The notes: generated from the letters alone by a model not told the origin. A DNA stretch of 11,561 nt from Bdellovibrionota bacterium (GCA_044356295.1 JBIKWN010000073.1:1-11561), one strand, 5' to 3'. Counted from the first letter of the stretch, positions 1 to 7,791 are shown. Numbers and translations: made by a program.

Positions 1-63
1 TCCACCTCCAGAGGATCCACCACCACCCCCACCAGAGGAAGATCCAGGAGCAGTAGATGAGCT
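1..63 (-). repeat. Ser/Gly low-complexity coding tail (GGN/TCN codons) of the DUF2207 protein
   Basis: The CCA/CCC/CCT-rich plus-strand sequence translates on the minus strand as SSSTAPGSSSGGGGGGSSGGG, the usual C-terminus of this family. Confidence 0.8.
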
Positions 64-1692
64 AGCAATTTGAGAAGAAAAAGAGGATGAAAAATTAGAC
101 AATGATGAAGCATCATTTCCGAAAGCATGGTACCAAGAGTGCCTGTAGTTATCTTGAAGCTCAGCATTTTTTAGAACTGTTTCAAATCGAGATGTCCATT
201 CATTCGCAACATCAAGTGCGATTGCATAAGGGAGATATGCTTCAAATAATTCAAGACTATCCCCTGGTGCATTGAGTTTATTGAGTCGTTCACGATCGCC
301 GATTGAAAGATATTGTTTAAAGCCGTTTAGATGTTCAAAGATCGGTTTACCTTCTTTAGTAGGAGCCGAGATAGTTTTACAAAATAATATCCATGCAATG
401 AAAAGTACAGCACTCGATCCAAACGAAAAAGCATTTGTATAGAATGTCGTGATTCCAATCATACCAGTTGAAGAAAGAATACTTAGCCCAACAGAGACTA
501 CTGGAATGAGAATTCCTAAAGCAGCTTTCCCTGTATTTTTTACAAAAAGTCGTTTGTCATACTGAGGTGAGACTACATTAATAATTGATTTTTTTAGTTC
601 AGCAAGTGTACTCCAATTATCTTGTTTTATGTCTAGTTCCTCTGGAAGCAGATCGAATAGAGTTAGTTCCTCTTTGTTTAAAGATTGATGTTCTGAAAAG
701 CTTAATTTTTTTATGCGATAACTATCTTTGAAAAATCCGTCTACTTTTTCAATCTTGATTCCCTTCTTACTGGCTAATGAAACAAAAGTTATTGGTAATA
801 TTTTGTCGTCAGATCCCATGCTTATTATATATCGACTTGCAGTAGGCGAAATATTCTTGGGCGGATTAAACTGCGGTATGATTGTCGAAGAAAGATTATC
901 TTTACCGTATAAAAGCCAGTTTTGGTAATATATCCAAAACCCAAATGGAAGTAATAAAAAAGAGAGTAATAAGCTACCAAAATCTCCAAAAAAATAACTA
1001 ATCGAAGTAAGAGAAGAAGGAGGATCGATAAGTCCTTTCTCCCATTCAACGACGACAGTGAATCCTTCACGTGGTCCGAGTGGCGAAGATAAATCAAAAC
1101 GTATTACTTCATTTGATTCTTGATTACTTCGAGATTGAAAAGAATTTCCACCAAATAAACCAGTATAGGCGGAAAACTTAAGATCTCGAGCTGGTTTCGG
1201 CAATACAACACGCACAGTGCTGTTTCTTATTTGAAAATTCCATCCTGTTCCAATTGCATTAAAATAAAGTTCATCGTGATTTTCAAAAAAACCAATTTGT
1301 CGATCCGTTTTATATGAGAACGTATAGGTATGAGTTCCATGCTCAAGGAATTTTTCTTTCGAACCAAAATAGGTTCGAATGCCATTTTGTATTCGTTCAA
1401 AGTGATATGGTTCAGGATATCCGTCTCTTGAAAGTGAGATAATAGAGAACCCAACTCTTACTGGACGATGATTACGATCAGTATAGTCAGTCGGAAAATC
1501 TCTGTATATTCCATGTTTAATCGAGAAACCTTCACTGCGAACAACTATTGTTTCTTTAACATAGATTTCACCATTTTCTTTGATTGAAATCGTAGAGTCG
1601 AGCCGATCAATTCTTTCATCAGCGTAACTGTACTGAAGTGAAAAAAAACAAATGAATGAAATTAAAAAGAGAATTCTGACTTGAAGTCTCAT
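1..1692 (-). CDS. DUF2207-family predicted membrane protein, 3'-truncated by the window edge
   Basis: Not in the ORF track. I translated it by hand from ATG at 1692 and found 564 codons with no stop to position 1. It starts with a signal peptide (MRLQVRILFLISFICFFSLQYSYA|DERI). Motifs typical of DUF2207 follow: 'IKHGIYRDFP', 'GTHTYTFSY', 'FFENHDELYFNAIGTGWNFQI', 'LGPREGFTVVVEWEKG', hydrophobic segments, 'IIPQFNPPKNISP', 'HLNGFKQYL', 'LFEAYLPYAIALDVANEWTSRF', and a Ser/Gly tail 'SSSTAPGSSSGGGGGGSSGGG'. It begins 9 nt after the lemA stop, a common pairing. Confidence 0.93.
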   Translation of the reverse strand, partial: MRLQVRILFLISFICFFSLQYSYADERIDRLDSTISIKENGEIYVKETIVVRSEGFSIKHGIYRDFPTDYTDRNHRPVRVGFSIISLSRDGYPEPYHFERIQNGIRTYFGSKEKFLEHGTHTYTFSYKTDRQIGFFENHDELYFNAIGTGWNFQIRNSTVRVVLPKPARDLKFSAYTGLFGGNSFQSRSNQESNEVIRFDLSSPLGPREGFTVVVEWEKGLIDPPSSLTSISYFFGDFGSLLLSFLLLPFGFWIYYQNWLLYGKDNLSSTIIPQFNPPKNISPTASRYIISMGSDDKILPITFVSLASKKGIKIEKVDGFFKDSYRIKKLSFSEHQSLNKEELTLFDLLPEELDIKQDNWSTLAELKKSIINVVSPQYDKRLFVKNTGKAALGILIPVVSVGLSILSSTGMIGITTFYTNAFSFGSSAVLFIAWILFCKTISAPTKEGKPIFEHLNGFKQYLSIGDRERLNKLNAPGDSLELFEAYLPYAIALDVANEWTSRFETVLKNAELQDNYRHSWYHAFGNDASSLSNFSSSFSSQIASSSTAPGSSSGGGGGGSSGGG

Positions 1693-1701
1693 GGAGTAAA
1701 T

Positions 1702-2244
1702 TTAAAACTGAACTTTAGGAACCGCACGTTCAGCAGGATTTTCAAGCTCAAAGAATTGTCTAGCATTAAATCCGGTTGCACCTGCAAGAAGATTGCCAGG
1801 AAATGATTGAACGCTTGTATTATAATCTCTGACGGCACCGTTATAAAATCGACGTGCAAATTGAATCTGTTCCTCTAGGCCACTTAATTCAGTCTGTAAC
1901 TGCTGATAGTTCTGATTTGCTTTTAAGTCAGGGTATGCTTCTGCAATTGCAAACAATCTTCCAAGTCCTGCAGTTAGGGCAGACTCAGCCTGTGATTTGT
2001 CTGCAACAGTCGTTGCACTACTTGCTTGATTACGGAGTGCGACTACTTCCTCTAAAGTTTTTTTCTCGTGCCCAGCGTATCCTTTTACCGTTTCAACCAA
2101 ATTTGGAATTAAATCACTTCGTCGTTTTAATTGAACATCGATTCCGCTCCATCCTTCATCAACTATATTTCTTAAGCGAACAAAGTTGTTGTAAAGAGAA
2201 ACAAGAAAGATAGCTAGCGCGGCTAGGGTAATGAGAATAATCAT
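1702..2244 (-). CDS. lemA: LemA family protein
   Basis: 180 aa with an N-terminal TM helix, then 'YNNFVRLRNIVDEGWSGIDVQLKRRSDLIPNLVETVKGYAGHEKKTLEEV', 'LFAIAEAYPDLKANQNY' and 'RRFYNGAVRDYNTSVQSFPGNLLA', ending in 'PKVQF'. All are LemA hallmarks. Confidence 0.97.
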   Translation of the reverse strand: MIILITLAALAIFLVSLYNNFVRLRNIVDEGWSGIDVQLKRRSDLIPNLVETVKGYAGHEKKTLEEVVALRNQASSATTVADKSQAESALTAGLGRLFAIAEAYPDLKANQNYQQLQTELSGLEEQIQFARRFYNGAVRDYNTSVQSFPGNLLAGATGFNARQFFELENPAERAVPKVQF

Positions 2245-2496
2245 AGAGACAATTATCTATTTAAAAGCTCAATTTATGCGAGAAGAAAAGTTTTGTTTCA
2301 AATAATAGTAGACTTATGTGACAGTGTCTTTAAATTATGTTTCCAATATTCTAGATAAGATTAGAAGCCGTTATAGAAAATAATTGTAATACTATTAAAG
2401 TAGTATCTCCTAACTATCTGATATTAATCAATTTTATGAATGTATATTGAGTGAAAAAAATATACTTAATTTTCATTTATTCTTTAAGATCGTTTA
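2245..2496. promoter_or_regulatory. AT-rich divergent promoter region between lemA and the MBL-cNMP gene
   Basis: 252 bp of non-coding DNA between divergent starts. A hand count gives 42 G+C in 180 nt (about 23%) over 2281-2460. It contains the dyad ATACTA-TTAAAG-TAGTAT (2389-2406) and a TATACT hexamer (2461-2466). I could not assign -35/-10 pairs with confidence. Confidence 0.55.
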
Positions 2497-4920
2497 ATGA
2501 GCACATACTTTGATACATCTCACGTAACTCCTCCTCAAGTGAGTTCGTATCTAGATATAAAGTATACAGGTGATGCCCATAAACCTGGCTCTGATTTTTC
2601 GCATAGGGGAATCCGTGTAGCCGATCTCAAAACATCTATCGTACTCGCACCAACAAGTACCATTCTTAAAGACATCCTGGCTGAACGTTGGAATTTACAT
2701 AAGTTGGATAAAGATAATGGGGAAAAATATGTTTTTGTTTTACCAAGATCACTTATTGTAGGAGACCAGTCCTTTGCCCATCTTGAATTCCTCATTTATC
2801 ACAATGCTTATGTATTAAGTAATCTTGAAAACAAAAAACCGTTAAACGTAGTTTGTACAAAAGACCAAAAAAGACATGTCACAGAACTACTTAAAAAGAC
2901 AATTTTTGGACCTGATTGGCAAAATCCCGAAGTCTATAGTTATCTTCCTGAAGATCAGAGGAGGTTTCTTGCAAATGTATCAGAATACTTTGCTCTTAAA
3001 GATTCTTCTGGGGAAAAGCTACCTTTAAGTGCTTATGTTCAATTTCATACATTTGATAATAACGGAGAAGCACAAATTTCCTACCACGATAAAGGATCGC
3101 TCACAATACGAGAGAGAGTAAATCGTGATGGTTATCCTTCAGGTTACGAGGTAGCACACATTCAGATGGAAGATAACCATGTTGTTTCTAGAACTAAAGA
3201 ATCACTATTAGTAAATTACAATGTACCAGTGATGCCGCTTCGTGAAGTTTCGGAAGTTCTCAAACAAAAAATGTTGGACGAGCAAAACTTCTCAGTTACA
3301 TGCTTAGGAAATAGCACTGGTTTTGATCCAAATGACTATGCGACGTCTTTTGTTGTATGGATGAAAGGTACGGGTATGGTAATAGATCCATCACCTGAGG
3401 CGATTAAAACCCTAGAAAATCTTGGATTCAATGATGTTAATTGTCCCTATGTATTACTGACGCACTGTCACGAAGATCATGATGGAGGATTACTATCCTT
3501 AATATTGCAAGGTAAGAAAATTAATCTGATTGCTTCTCGAGTTGTATTTGAGGAGTTTCTTGCAAAAGCTAATTGCTTGTTACAGTGCCAAAACTTTCCA
3601 GTAATAATCGATCCTGAAGCGTTAGTTAATTGGACTGAATTACATATAGGACAAGAAACTAAGCTCCCTCTAAAAATTGGTAAGGAACCAGCAATTCTTA
3701 ATGCTTGGTGGAATCTTCATACAATTCCGACAAATGGGTTCTCTGTAACGATTGGAGGCAAAACATACGGTCACTCAAGTGATACTCAAATCAGTAAAAC
3801 CTTCCTTGCAGGCCTTGTAGAAAAAAATATTCTTACTGAGCAAGAAGCTTTTGAACAGTGGGATAGATGGTTTGATCCCGACGGTATTCCGCGTTTTAAT
3901 TTTTCACATTTTGAAGCCGGGGGTCCGCCTATTCATACAAATGAGTCCGACTTATTCGATGGAATACATCCTGATTATCGCAGTAGTGTTAAAATTTATC
4001 ATTTATCAAACGCTCTCCATAAATTAACTACAGTTAATAATGATGATCGTGAGATGCTTAGTAGAGCAGTCTTATACGACACGGAAGTTTTAATTCCTGC
4101 AACAACTCAAACGCGCAAAGCTCACCACCGAAGCATTGTGGGGAGTAACGATTTTCTTGTTGAGCATAAACTTGTTCAGAAAGTTGTTGAGCAAGGATCG
4201 AGTGTTGATTTTCAGCCTGGCGATTGTTTAATGCATCCACTTGATGAGCCTCGAGATACAATGTTTATTGTATTATCAGGACAAGCTGCAATTAAGGATG
4301 CAGAGGGTAGGTATATTGGTACCAGCGGTCCTGGATCATTTTTAGGAGACTGGGGACATTTTACAGAAACTTCCCCAAGTGCAGAAGTAAAAGCGAAAAC
4401 TTCCATGATATGTATGGAAGTTAATATGCGAAAAATTCTTGAAAATAATCCAGACCTATTAAAGAACCTAAGAAATAATGCGATATTTCAAGCAAACTAT
4501 ACTCTACCATTTGCCCTGTATCTATCTAAGTTAGGAATTTCTCTTTCTAATACGCCTTCATTGATGAGCAAATTATCTCCTGCAATGAAGCATATCGATT
4601 TAAAACCTCACAGTGTTCTTATCAAAGAGGGTGAACATGCAGATAGTCTTTATTTTATCGTGAGTGGTTCTTTGAATGTATTTCACGCCAATAAAGAACC
4701 AGACCAAAGTAAAATTATTGATCTCGGTACAGTGTTAAGCCCTGATATTATAGGAGAACGAGCACTGATTCCTGGAGCAACACGTTCAGCATCTGTTAGA
4801 GCCGGAGAGAATGGTGCAGTCGTGCTATCTATTATGAAAGAAGCATTTCAAGAGTTATTGAATGAATATCCAGGATTTGCCAATGCCTTTAATCTTTACA
4901 AACGTTCACGTGTTAATTAG
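2497..4920 (+). CDS. MBL-fold metallo-hydrolase with two cyclic-nucleotide-binding domains; putative cNMP-regulated cyclic nucleotide phosphodiesterase (PdeD/PdeE-like)
   Basis: MBL metal-binding motif THCHEDHD (aa 322-329, nt 3460-3483), with 'MVIDPS' upstream and 'LHTIPT', 'HSSDT', 'HFEAGGPPIHT' and 'IYHL' downstream. CNB-A reads 'FQPGD...MFIVLSG...GPGSFLGDW...SAEVKA'. CNB-B reads 'LIKEGEHADSLYFIVSG...IIGERAL...RSASVRA'. The domain call is strong. The substrate is inferred. Confidence 0.85.
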   Translation: MSTYFDTSHVTPPQVSSYLDIKYTGDAHKPGSDFSHRGIRVADLKTSIVLAPTSTILKDILAERWNLHKLDKDNGEKYVFVLPRSLIVGDQSFAHLEFLIYHNAYVLSNLENKKPLNVVCTKDQKRHVTELLKKTIFGPDWQNPEVYSYLPEDQRRFLANVSEYFALKDSSGEKLPLSAYVQFHTFDNNGEAQISYHDKGSLTIRERVNRDGYPSGYEVAHIQMEDNHVVSRTKESLLVNYNVPVMPLREVSEVLKQKMLDEQNFSVTCLGNSTGFDPNDYATSFVVWMKGTGMVIDPSPEAIKTLENLGFNDVNCPYVLLTHCHEDHDGGLLSLILQGKKINLIASRVVFEEFLAKANCLLQCQNFPVIIDPEALVNWTELHIGQETKLPLKIGKEPAILNAWWNLHTIPTNGFSVTIGGKTYGHSSDTQISKTFLAGLVEKNILTEQEAFEQWDRWFDPDGIPRFNFSHFEAGGPPIHTNESDLFDGIHPDYRSSVKIYHLSNALHKLTTVNNDDREMLSRAVLYDTEVLIPATTQTRKAHHRSIVGSNDFLVEHKLVQKVVEQGSSVDFQPGDCLMHPLDEPRDTMFIVLSGQAAIKDAEGRYIGTSGPGSFLGDWGHFTETSPSAEVKAKTSMICMEVNMRKILENNPDLLKNLRNNAIFQANYTLPFALYLSKLGISLSNTPSLMSKLSPAMKHIDLKPHSVLIKEGEHADSLYFIVSGSLNVFHANKEPDQSKIIDLGTVLSPDIIGERALIPGATRSASVRAGENGAVVLSIMKEAFQELLNEYPGFANAFNLYKRSRVN

Positions 4921-5041
4921 TTCTCATTTTCTTGTCGTTTACTGATCGAATCTGTTTGAATCTGTAAAGTAACTAGTTGAATTAGTTGTCTTTATTTTAG
5001 ACGCTACTGCTTCAAAAAAATAACAATCGATAGGAAACTCT

Positions 5042-7690
5042 GTGATGGGTTCTGTCGAATCCACAGAGCGTATGAAAAAGATAAAACAATTGGGCATGTC
5101 AATGCTCGAAACCGCAGTAATACTTCCAACAATTTTACTTTTTACTGTTGGTTCAATTGATGTAGCAAATTACTTTCGAAGTTATTCGGCTGTAAGAGAA
5201 GGGGTGCAGGCTGGACTTCGATGCTTGTACCCATCTGACGCAGCGTGTGTAGCGGTGAATGCTCCAAAATCGATTGCTCAAAATAATGTCTACATACCAC
5301 CTATTTTTAGTAAGTACTTTGATTATGATGGTGTTGAGAAAAAATTATTGCTCCCAAATTACGAATACACTCCAATCCGAGCTAAGACACTATCTCAGGT
5401 TTCCTATAATACACTGAGCCAAGTTGATACACATTACAGAGCAGAGCGTCGAGCGTATGATGCTACTGGTGTTGCTAAGGTATTTTCTATTGAATATCCA
5501 ACGCTTGGAAACGGTTCAGTGGGGAACGGAAGGGCAGCAGGAATTGGAGATCAAGGAATTTTACTTAATCTGTATAAAAACCAAGGTCAACAAACTCCTC
5601 AATCTCGTTCTTGTAATAGTCTTGTTACTTCATTTTCAAATTCAAGTACCATTACAGAAAATCAAATTTATGATCGATTTTATTTTAATGTTCCTACAAA
5701 TCCATTTTCTTCTTTAGAAGGACAAGCCGCTATAGATGCAAATGAAATTGATGATTGTATTGCATATCGCAACGGTAAAGCACTCAATAGAGCACAAGCA
5801 AGAAGTCGATGCCGTGCATCTGATGTAAGAAGTTATGCAAGAGTTTTTTTCAAATTAAAAGGATCGACACTTGGCAGTGTTGGCGCAGCTGGACATCTCG
5901 ATCTTTTTCTTGAATATCGTTCATCTGATGGAAATTGGCATGGTGCATCCAGAAATAGTCCTGGAAGCGCACAATCGAGTGCTGAGGCAAGTTTAGGAGG
6001 GCAAGATTTTTCCACTGGTATGGATGATTTCTATCCACGAGGATTTACTGGTTCTGAAGCAATGATTCGTCGAGGAGGTGCAACGCTCCGAGGTTATACC
6101 AACTCACCTGCTCAATCACATTTTCCTGACGATAACGAAGGGATTGAAATTGGTTTTAAACAAAATGGTAGTCTTGAATCCAATTATAATAACCATGGTA
6201 ATATTTATGTACCGTGGGGCAGTATGGTTAGGATATCTGTTCGATTAAGAAAACCAGAAGGTGCAATCACTTGCGGAGATGGAAAATCTATAGGATGGCG
6301 TATTGATCTAGCCAAATCTACGGTTCGAATTGGTGAACCAAAAATTATTCAGGAACGTACTTCGTGTAATAATAAGCTCTCTCGGCATTTATGTACCAAC
6401 GACCCTCAGAGCTGCGTTATTTCTCCTGCAAATTTTTCAAATCAATTACTTACTCAAACAACTTCTCATAAAAAATTTAATGTTGCATGTAATCTTTCAT
6501 CAGCAACTGTTATTGAAACTCGGCAACCCACAAGTTGTTTATCAAATCCCCCGTCACTGACCAGTTTGGGAATACTTCAAAATGGTCAACAAGATTGGGA
6601 AGTCGTAGCGCTTCCTAACAATGATTGTATAGAACATGTTGTTTCAAACTGTCCGTCAAATTTTGGAGTTTCCGATGTCGCAACGCAAAATCAAAATGGT
6701 GCTTTTACTATTCGTAATTCATCATCAGCAGCCAGTGCATGTCCTGCACAGAATCCTATAGCCGGTTCAGAAGAATGGTCGGAAGCAATCCAAACTGTTT
6801 ATAGTTCGCCCATACCACTGGATAAACAAGATTGCACCTTTGATAGTACAGCACCAATTGCTCAAAGCTTACTTCCCAGCTCGGTGACTCCGTATAAAAA
6901 ATTGATCCTTCCATCTGCAACACGAAAGGGAAGCTCTCAAATAGATACGTCTACTGTTGATCCGATTGAACTAAAAAAACAATCACAGTATGCATGTGGG
7001 CTTGTGACAGTCGACCAGAGGAATTTTAGAGAAGATTCACGTGAAAGTTTTACAGACCAAGAGTGGCAAAGATTGATATCCTCATCTTTTTCAGGTGCTC
7101 ACCGTCAATTAGGTTGTAATAGCTCAGAAATACTCAAACAAGAAGCGCGCTCCATTGGGCTGGATCCTAAGAGCTATTTTGCTGTGACAAAAGCTCAAAG
7201 CGCAGGAGATCAAGAATATCAAGTTTCTTCAATCGATAGTTGTATGCAGGTTCGTGTTGATCAAAGCCTTACAACCAGTAACATGCGATCCCTTGTTCCA
7301 GGAAGTCCATTTGATCAGAATGATATTCCTCAAGGATGTATCGTTCCTGATGGGAATGGTGGTGTGAGAAATATATGTATTTTTATTCCAGCAGGAATAA
7401 GAAAGTTAGAAGACACTGGAAGTTACGGGCTTGATCAGAATATGGCCGAAGCTATTGCTTCAGACACAGTTAAAACATTTCTCCCGAGTGGGAAAAATGA
7501 TTCTTCATGTCTGACATCTCCACATAAAGATTGTATTGCGGTGTCTATGGAGCCTAAAGAAATAGATGAAAATAAATTACTTACTGAACCCTTAACGATG
7601 AAAGCTTCCGTCCTGCAGCCACTCTTGGTACTTGGTAATAAGCCGATTGAAATTTCATATGAGGCTTCTCGACAATGGGAAGGCAGATAA
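5042..7690 (+). CDS. Giant Cys-rich TadE-like (Flp/Tad) pseudopilin; putative pilus-associated adhesin
   Basis: Class III signal: basic leader KKIKQL, then G|MSMLE (Gly -1, Glu +5), the hydrophobic helix TAVILPTILLFTVGSIDVANYF, and 'SAVREGVQAGLR', which resembles the TadE 'AAREGAR' segment. It has 22 Cys. AGGA at 5032-5035 supports a start at GTG 5042 or ATG 5045. ATG 5072 is an alternative start. Confidence 0.82.
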   Translation: MMGSVESTERMKKIKQLGMSMLETAVILPTILLFTVGSIDVANYFRSYSAVREGVQAGLRCLYPSDAACVAVNAPKSIAQNNVYIPPIFSKYFDYDGVEKKLLLPNYEYTPIRAKTLSQVSYNTLSQVDTHYRAERRAYDATGVAKVFSIEYPTLGNGSVGNGRAAGIGDQGILLNLYKNQGQQTPQSRSCNSLVTSFSNSSTITENQIYDRFYFNVPTNPFSSLEGQAAIDANEIDDCIAYRNGKALNRAQARSRCRASDVRSYARVFFKLKGSTLGSVGAAGHLDLFLEYRSSDGNWHGASRNSPGSAQSSAEASLGGQDFSTGMDDFYPRGFTGSEAMIRRGGATLRGYTNSPAQSHFPDDNEGIEIGFKQNGSLESNYNNHGNIYVPWGSMVRISVRLRKPEGAITCGDGKSIGWRIDLAKSTVRIGEPKIIQERTSCNNKLSRHLCTNDPQSCVISPANFSNQLLTQTTSHKKFNVACNLSSATVIETRQPTSCLSNPPSLTSLGILQNGQQDWEVVALPNNDCIEHVVSNCPSNFGVSDVATQNQNGAFTIRNSSSAASACPAQNPIAGSEEWSEAIQTVYSSPIPLDKQDCTFDSTAPIAQSLLPSSVTPYKKLILPSATRKGSSQIDTSTVDPIELKKQSQYACGLVTVDQRNFREDSRESFTDQEWQRLISSSFSGAHRQLGCNSSEILKQEARSIGLDPKSYFAVTKAQSAGDQEYQVSSIDSCMQVRVDQSLTTSNMRSLVPGSPFDQNDIPQGCIVPDGNGGVRNICIFIPAGIRKLEDTGSYGLDQNMAEAIASDTVKTFLPSGKNDSSCLTSPHKDCIAVSMEPKEIDENKLLTEPLTMKASVLQPLLVLGNKPIEISYEASRQWEGR

Positions 7691-7709
7691 AATTTCCACT
7701 CATTATCCG

Positions 7710-7724
7710 TGGCATTAGACTTGC
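7710..7724 (+). promoter_or_regulatory. Sigma54 (RpoN) -24/-12 promoter for flgK
   Basis: TGGCATTAGACTTGC matches the consensus TGGCAC-N5-TTGC with one mismatch and exact GG-N10-GC spacing. It is intergenic and correctly oriented, 67 nt upstream of the flgK ATG. Predicted TSS is near 7736. Confidence 0.82.
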
Positions 7725-7791
7725 CTTTCTATCTTAGTAGAGCCGGACTTAACGCAATTTGCGGAAAGTTCTGCCTAGCTCAAGATAGAAT

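Noticed and set aside
1358..1379. Perfect 8-bp inverted repeat TTCGAACC-AAAATA-GGTTCGAA
   Set aside because: It lies within coding sequence (IRTYFGSK), has no following U-tract on either strand and occurs once.
728..1454. Track ORFs 728..928 (+), 825..1097 (-) and 1227..1454 (-)
   Set aside because: All lie inside the DUF2207 gene in antisense or alternative frames and have no recognisable motifs.
1641..1648. A8 tract (T8 on the coding strand) in the DUF2207 signal peptide as a phase-variation site
   Set aside because: It encodes Cys-Phe-Phe-Ser, the frame is intact, and A/T runs of 7-8 nt occur elsewhere in this AT-rich window.
1854..2213. 119-aa plus-strand ORF
   Set aside because: Antisense shadow of lemA with no recognisable motifs.
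2317..2332. TGTGA as a CRP site upstream of the cNMP-binding gene
   Set aside because: Only one half-site is present. The second half reads CTTTA rather than TCACA.
2396..2424. Sigma28-like TAAA...TCTGATAT upstream of the PDE gene
   Set aside because: The 17-nt spacer is too long and the core CCGA of the -10 box is broken.
2535..4406. Minus-strand ORFs 2535..2795, 4058..4261 and 4212..4406
   Set aside because: Short antisense shadows inside the 807-aa MBL-CNB gene.
2497..4920. MBL-fold gene as an antibiotic-resistance beta-lactamase or part of a CBASS/Pycsar defence operon
   Set aside because: It has no signal peptide and carries fused CNB domains, which argues against a beta-lactamase. 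No cyclase, CD-NTase or TIR/TM effector lies next to it.
5424..6560. ORFs 5424..5717, 5833..6015, 5850..6038 and 6330..6560
   Set aside because: Nested in the tadE-like gene in other frames. The main frame is intact, so there is no sign of a frameshift or an independent gene.
7711..7730. GGCA-N7-TGCC followed by TTTCT as a terminator for the tadE-like gene
   Set aside because: The stem is only 4 bp and is a by-product of the quasi-palindromic sigma54 consensus.
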